A stretch of DNA of 64,000 nucleotides from the human T2T-CHM13v2.0 reference genome, Homo sapiens. The first letter of the stretch is position 1. The number at the start of each line of letters is the position of its first letter. Shown here piece after piece: positions 55,259 through 64,000 of this stretch. The stretch lies in assembly GCF_009914755.1 (NCBI RefSeq), contig NC_060926.1, one strand, 5' to 3'. The notes beneath the pieces were generated by a model. It made no database searches. It was not told where the DNA came from and saw only the letters and a program-made list of their open reading frames with translations. The position numbers were made by a program, and so were the translations under genes.

Positions 55259-57664
55259 CCTAACCAAGGGAGAAGTAGGCTCCAAAAGCAGAGGACCCTG
55301 CCACTCTTTTCCAAAGGCAGTGGTTTGCCACCTTCAGGGAAGATAGTTGGGTGTTATCTCACTCTGATCTTGATATATATTTTCCCCCACTAACTCTTTA
55401 ATCTGAGAAACGTATTGAAAGGCTGGGGGCGGGTAATATGGATCAGAAAGCTTCCATGGTGTAGAATGAAAAGGAAGCAGGGAGTATTCACATGAAAAGG
55501 TAATTTGGGTGTCATTTGGGATCTCAAGTATCAGCCTGCTCTGGCATATTTCAGTGAGTGACAGGAATTGCAAAATTTACAAGATATTTGGTTTTTTTAA
55601 AAGTAATTCTAGCTTGTCCTTTTCCTGTCCTTTGCTAAGTTTCTACATTTGTTCATTCCTTTACTCATTCATCCTATGTTGAATAAGCCCCTGTGTAAAA
55701 TTTATTGGGTTGATCATAAAGTCAGTCTCTTATTCTTCCCTTAAGGAGTATGAAATCCAGAGTTAGAGGGAGGAGAGTAGGTGGGGTAGCTCTAGGCTTT
55801 GCAAGACAATGTCTGGGATTCTATTTTTAATAGCCTTGGGGGCCAGCCTGAGTGGGATTTGCCCTTTGAAATTGATGCTTGTCTATAATTTAGAGAACCT
55901 TGAGGGAGGTTCTCTCCTGCAGCCTAAAGTTATCTTTGACGTCTGACACCAGCAAGAGGCAAATTTTATCTGGGGGAATACACCTCTCATCCAAAGGAGA
56001 TAACAGCTGTGAGAAAAACTCCCCCAGTGCTGGTCCTGTTGACTTATGTTTCAAAGGAGAACAATTTCAACATAGAACTCCACTTTCCCTCAAGCTGCAG
56101 ATGCAATAAAATGGCTGTAAGCTGCAAAAACTCTTTCAATATGGCACGTATTAAACCTTTCAGAGGTAGCGCTTTGATTTTTAATTTTACGCTCTTGGCA
56201 GGCAATCAGGGTCTTTAATAGTAGGGAGGCCAGAGGGAGAATGTTTCAAAACAGTGAGGATCTTATCATAGTGTGCAATTAATGAATAATTATTAAAACC
56301 CAGAAATAGCTAGAAAAGAAGGCAAGAGGTGGCAGAGCAATTCTCTGGTTTTGGGCCTATAATGAACCCTCTGGAGAGGGGAAATATGATACTGAGTTCC
56401 ATGCAATTAAATCTTCCATTTTTCTCCTACTGGAAGATCAGCAATTTCAGGGGCAAAGAAAAAAGAAAAAAATACCCAACTCTTAAAAAGTCATTTGCTG
56501 ACAATGATGCATTTGATCAGTTTGATTTTCAACATTTGTTGTAATGACATCGAAAATAAAATAATACTAATGACAAGCGCAATAATAAAACACCTGCTCC
56601 TTGAAATCAATTTCTAAGAAAGCAGTATTGGGGCATGTTGGTGGCACCAGTTAGAACAGGTACATTGTTGAACAAATTCAGTCCATGAGCTGCACAATTC
56701 CCAGCTGTCATAGGGAGAACCCCCCTGCACATCTTGTGAATACACATCCCCCGGCTCCCTGTCATTTCCAGGCACAATTGTGTCAGCTCCTTGCTGTCGG
56801 GATCTCTCCTCTGAAGGTCTCAGTCCCACTGTTTCCTTTTTGACTCGGCTCTAGAAAATCTTGTCATCTGTCAAATAGCTGTTTACAGTCAAAGCCCGGC
56901 CTGCTGAGTGGCCGTGTCACAGGCTGGCAAGATGTCATGCTGGCCACTGCTAAGCAGGTACAGATGCCGCTGCTTCTTGGAACCCTGCAAACAATAAAGT
57001 AGCCTGGCAGGGCTTGGCATGTGGCAGAACAACCACAGACCCACATTGATTCAGTTCTCAGCCATTTCAGTCACCCTAGGGCCCCTGCTAGGGCTCTGAG
57101 AGCATCTGGGGTCAGCTCACCTTTAAGTAGCCATTAGCCCCCTCCGCTGCAAAGCTGGGGTGGGGTGCGGGAGCAGGGCGGGCAGAATCAATGAGCACTT
57201 GAGATGGCATTTTCCTGGCATGTGGTCGCTCATTACTGAGGGCCTCAGTGAGGATCTGGGTTTTCATGATTGATCTCTCAGCAGTGTTTCAGGAGACCTG
57301 CCAACATCACAAGGCCAAATGGGCCTGCAAAATAAAGAAATAAATAGATGGACAAACAAATAAATGGGGAGGGGGTGCTGTTGTTCAGAGAGCAGTGAGA
57401 GAGGATGTTTTCCAGTGTGTGACATTGTACAAAGGTGCCCGGGATGTTTTATTTGAAGCTCAGCTTCAGGAGGGTACACGACAGCAGATAATAGATTGTA
57501 GGTACGCGGCCATGGGCCCCTAAGAGAAATCTCAGATGTGTTGTACTCTGCCAGATGATAAGAATGGGGATGGAAAGGAAGAGGTAGGTTTCTTCTTCCT
57601 CATTGCCAGCTGTGTCCCTGGCTATTCTTGTCAGGCCAGGTGCTTTTCTTAGAGTGCTCAGAGG

Positions 57665-57900
57665 GACTATTTACTTAGCACTTGCTCCGTGCCAGGTATT
57701 GTGCTGTGTGTGTGCTTCATGTACTCTGGCTCACGTAAAACCTGGAGAATGGTGGTATTACCCCAATCATTAAAGATGAGAAAACGGAGAGTCAGAGAGG
57801 TGAAATCACTTATACAAAGTTGCACAGTTGGAAACCGAGGGGTGCAACTGGGGTTGAGTTGAACTCCTAAGTCAGTGTTCTTAATTACTATTCTAGATGG
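57665..57900. mobile_element. MIR remnant
   Basis: AGCACTTGCTCCGTGCCAGG...AGATGAGAAAACGGAG...AGAGAGGTGAA. Confidence 0.7.
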
Positions 57901-58689
57901 CTTCCTAGGCAGGGATGCAAAGGCCCCTTGCAGCCTCTCTCCAGCACAAGGAGCTTCTGATGATATATTGAATGCCAGCTGACTCTGGGCTTCTCATTGT
58001 GAGTTTAGCCATCCTTCCTCATACTGGGGCAGAATCACTGCAGTCCCCTTCTGGCTGGGGCCTTGTCACTGCTGTCTGCCAAAAGACCCTCTGCCTTTTG
58101 CTCTGCTTCTGACATGTTCAAAACAAATCTGGGTCCCAGTCTTTCCCGCTCAACCTCAAGACAAGAGGAGCAAGGGTCATACCCTTCAACCTGGTGTCAG
58201 AGGTACTTCCTTTGTGTCCTTGTTTTAGAGTGCCTCTCCATTGTCACCTCTGACTACAGCCAGCCTGACCTTCCAGCTTTGTAACTTAGCGCAAACCAAG
58301 TTTCCTAGTTCTGCAAAGCCTTCCCCAACTTCTGTCTCTGCTTGGTACCTGCCTGTTCATTTGCCAAGACTCAGTTTAGACATTCCTTACCTGGAAAGTC
58401 TTTTCTGACTTTTGCAAGACTCGGTCAGTGATTCTATCATAACTATTGCATGCATGGAATGGTCTGGTTACTTATCTGTCTCATCCACAGTTTGCTGAAT
58501 GAATAGGAATACCTCACCCTTTTGGTCACAGATCCTCTATCAAGTCCACATAGAGAATCTAAATACTTACATGCTTCTGGTGGTTTGTTCTTTTGTTCAA
58601 TGCTAACTGGTCCAGAATGGCCTGGGCTTCAGTGTCACAGGTGTCAAATCACCCATACTTCCTAGGCGTAGTCATCACACAAGAACATG

Positions 58690-59410
<721 letters not shown>

Positions 59411-60824
59411 AGTCAGCCATTTCTGCCACACTATCTACCTCACTGTGCACAATCTGCAGAATTTTGAAGCACCCAACTTCCCCGTGTTCTGAGTTCGGAC
59501 ATAGTGTTCCCTTTTTAATTCTCTGGGGGAGAACACAGTGCAGGAAAATTTGTCACTTCCAGTTTGCCTCACTGGTGGCTGCACTGTCTGACGTTTCTTT
59601 GCTTGCAAATGTAAGGGCTGAAGAAGGACTGGCTTCTAGATTTATTAGGCGTCTTTTACTTGGCTGCCAAAGATTCCTAACCACGCCAGGTGGTGAAGAT
59701 TAATGGCCAAGTTGGCATGTTGAGAGTAACTTAGGTAAAGCACTCTTTCTCACTGCCGTCCTTTAGAGGTCATCTATCACCTGATTCCGTTTTTGTTTTC
59801 AAGTGACAGAGCAAGTGCAAATTTAGGCGAGAAATCAGTAAGCTCCAGAAGGCTGGGAAGATACTAAACTATTTGCATATTTCAGCTTGGTTCAATTAAG
59901 CATGTCCATTGCTTGTGGTTGTTATGACCAATTTTCTTCTAGGAAACTGCTCCAAAGGATGCTTGAAGACCTGGAGTTTGATTTGCAGAAAAAAAAAAAA
60001 AAGTGGAGCTTCATGGCTCAAAGCAACCCTTTTCCAGAAACTTTATCTGGTAATGCCACTCAACAGTGAGAACACCCACATCCTTGTTCCTTTAGCATCT
60101 GGGATGGAGATTATACAGTGTAAATTTCTTTCTTTCTTTTTTGATTGACTTGCATTTGTTCTAAAGTAATTTCCTTCTGTGGGCATCTACATGTAGTAAA
60201 CATCTCATAGTTCTCTTCCTTAAATGCAGTTAGTGAAGTGTTAATGTGAGGCATTAGCCTTTATCATGCTGAATAAATTGAATGCCCTATGACTGAAACG
60301 GAGCTTCTCATCTACACCCATACTTAATATTGCAGAAAAAGCCAAGCAAACATGTGAGTTCAGCGTGCATTTATCTTTGCCCAGAAGCTCTTTATGGTTG
60401 TTTACATGTCTCTCTCCATCCATCCAGCATTGCAGTGCCCTGAACTGAGTTTTCTAAATCATCATGTTAAGTTCTAAACGCTCAGGCCAGACAATTTTTT
60501 GCTCCAAGAAGCAAGACCCAAACATCTTAATCTTTTCACCTTGCTCAGCCTTCCTTCCTTTGTAGAATCAAATTGAAATTTGCTCTCCATCTCAGGAGCT
60601 TCCCCTGGACTCATGTATCTCTTCCCTCCATGGTTTCTGCTCTTTTGACACCCCCTCAACAGCCTCCCCCTCCCCTCAGTCTTGAATAATTTGTTCTTTT
60701 GTGACATGAAAGGTGCATTTTACATTTTTTGACACTGTGGTTTTAATCAGCTCTTATTTTAATCAGTTCCTGCAAAGAACTCTTTGCTTACTTCAAAGCA
60801 AGACCACGTTCTATGCTTTTTTTC

Positions 60825-61600
60825 TGACAAGCTATCTTTCACACTTAGATCTGCACTCCTTCCAGAATTGACTTTTGTGTATGGTGTCAGGTTAGGCACA
60901 AATTAATGTCTGCCCTTTGGAGATTGCCATTGATCAAGCACCACATACTGAAAAGCCACTTCTTCACCTATGGTTCTAAAGTGTCACTGTGCCATAAATC
61001 AGGTGACCTTATATGTACAGATATATTTCTAGATCCTCTGTTGCTCAGTTTATTTTTGTGCTAATATCACACCATCTTCATTATTGTAACTTTATAATAC
61101 GTCATGATAGCTGGTAGTATAAGTCTTTATCATCATTCTTCATCTTAAACACTATTTTGGCTGTTTGCATTTCTACATAAATTTTAGAATCGGAGTGTAA
61201 ATGTCTACAAAATATGTGCTAGGATTTTCATTGATCTAAAATCTATCTAGGAGGAATTTAAATGTTTGTAACCTCGAGTTTCCTAACCATGGACATGGTA
61301 TACCCCTGTTCATTTAGGCTTTAAAAATTTCTGTTATTAAGGTTTTATGCTTTTCAATGTAGAGGTCTTGGTGACATTTTAAAGATTTATTCCTAGATAT
61401 CCATATTTTAAAATGCTATTATGAACTGTACCATTTTAAAATTGGCTTTGTGTTCAGGGACTTTGCTAAATTCACATTAATTTCAACAGTTTTTCCATAG
61501 ATGCTTTTGGGTTTCCTGTATATGATCATGTAACGTGTGACTAATGAGGGTTTTATTTCCTCCTTTCCAATCATTTTGCTTTTTATTTCTTGTTGCACTT
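60825..61600 (-). mobile_element. Very old L1M (L1ME-like) remnant
   Basis: AATTGACTTTTGTGTATGGTG...AGCACCACATACTGAAAAG...CATAAATTTTAGAATC...GATTTATTCCTAGATA. Confidence 0.7.
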
Positions 61601-62537
61601 GCTCTGTGCTCTAGCTCTGTCGCACTCCATGTAGACAGACACTTGTGCAAGGATAAGGAACATTTATATAAAACTTAAATAACTCTATTGGGCATGATTT
61701 TTTATGTGCCTCTACATCCTCCCAGAAAACTGTCCCTTTCTCCATCCTCCTTAGGCAAAACTTATGCATCCTTCAAGTCTTAGATTAAACACCTCCTTCA
61801 GGATGATTTCCTTGGCCCTTCTGAGACTGGGTGTACTGCAGGGAGTGGGAATTCTTTGTTATCCAAGGTGATTAAGCACAGCCCTTAGGTCATTTACTTC
61901 AAATGCTTGTTTGCAACTTTGTCTCTCCTGCTGAACTGCAAGCCCTTCAGGGGCAGAAATTCTGCAATGTTCATTGCTATATCACCATCACTTAGCAGAG
62001 TGTAGGGCATATCACAAGCACATGATAAAGGTTTAGCTTATAGTTCTCCTCCTCATCCTTGTCCTGATACTTGTCCTCATCTTGTTCTTTCTCATTTACT
62101 TATGGAAGCATGGCCCTCATCAGTATCAGTGTCTATTGAAGTTTAGCACAAACTTTTCCACTAGTGTCTTTTTCACTAGGTCACAAAGTCCTCAAGGGCA
62201 AACATCTTATTCTTCATGATTGTATCCCCAGTGTTTAACACAGTGTCTACGTCTTAATAGACAGTTAACAAAAGTATGACAGAGTGATTATGTGTATAAA
62301 TACATGAATGAATTGGTGGATGAGTGCTCCTTGTTATAAGAAACTGAGGTCCATAGAGAATGAGTTGGGTAGCAACTTAAGCATACTCATTCTGTAGGAT
62401 TACCATATACGCCTAAAGCCAAAACTAATGCCTTAGTATAGTTTGAATTTCCCTTTGCCCAGAAGGTCCTCTTGTGAATTCTTCTAGCATCTTTCTCCAT
62501 CCATCCAGAATTGCAGTGTCTTGAGGAACTTGCTTGC

Positions 62538-63212
<675 letters not shown>

Positions 63213-64000
63213 TAAATCATCATTTTAAGCTTCAAGAACTTCAGAAAACACAGAAATAATTTTCTTACTCCAATAATCAAGACCACATCATCTTATTTAT
63301 TTTCAACCTTCTTTGTCTGTCTTTTCTTCCCAGAATTAAAGTTTGGTTTCCATCTGAGCAACCCTCTCTAGACCCAGGCATCTCACCCCTTCCCGGCTCT
63401 GTTCGTTTGCTGCCTCCCCCATGCCCACCCCATGTGTCTTGGTTGCTTTGCTGTTTCAAAAGTTGGGAGGTGCATTTTTAAGTTTTCAGACACCACGGAT
63501 TTAATTGCAACTGCCAAGGTCTAGTCAGAGCTTGGGAAGTACCTATTTTTCATGATCTGTCATCAGGAGCTGTGATAACTCAGCCATGAGCTCACAACCC
63601 AGAGACCTGCATGGCACACTTTTGAAAACAGAATGAAGCTCTGCAGGGTGCTTCTCCAGAATCCCTCACTCCAACAGGCAATTGCCTCCTTCCTTCTTTC
63701 AGCCTCACCTGGAGGCCCACCCCCGCTTTGGTGTTAACCTTCACCTTGCGTGCCTTCCTCGCAGGCATCATTGCACAGTGCCTTCCCATCTAAAAACTTT
63801 ATTTCACCCCATGCAGAAGGGCTGAGCAGCAGAGCAGCTCCCAACAGAGACTGTGCTTTATTGGAGAGCAGGCCTGGGTTGTGTTAATGCCAGCTGACTT
63901 GAGAACCACAGGGGTGTAGGCAGGGCCAATTAACAGGTGAGATCAGGGTCTCTTAAATGCCAGCTACTGCTCCAGGGGTGGTAGGTCACTAATTGTAGCT

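Overview
Human, repeat-rich, essentially non-coding genomic DNA. The human assignment rests on a near-consensus AluYb8 at 39329-39641. I found no recognisable cellular protein-coding gene, RNA gene or CRISPR array, and I could not name the locus. Interspersed repeats dominate: 19 Alu elements, a young 5'-truncated L1PA2-like element with a TSD, old L1M/L1PB/L2/MIR remnants, MaLR/ERVL/ERV1 LTRs, and hAT/Tigger DNA transposon fossils. The main non-repeat features are a CpG-island-like segment (~33880-34760), several repeat-free AT/TAAT-rich blocks resembling enhancers, and two weak candidate exons. The most notable structure is a set of local copying events: an ancient diverged ~400-bp duplication (60306-60750 vs 62386-63505), a fold-back inverted duplication with a templated spacer inside an old L1 (26881-27103), a THE1 fragment apparently copied from a neighbouring THE1 into a MER5, a copy of nearby unique DNA inside a MER2, and a triplicated DR2-like motif inside an Alu. 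I see no evidence of a new coding system. Repeat family names come from remembered consensus sequences, and boundaries of old repeats are approximate.
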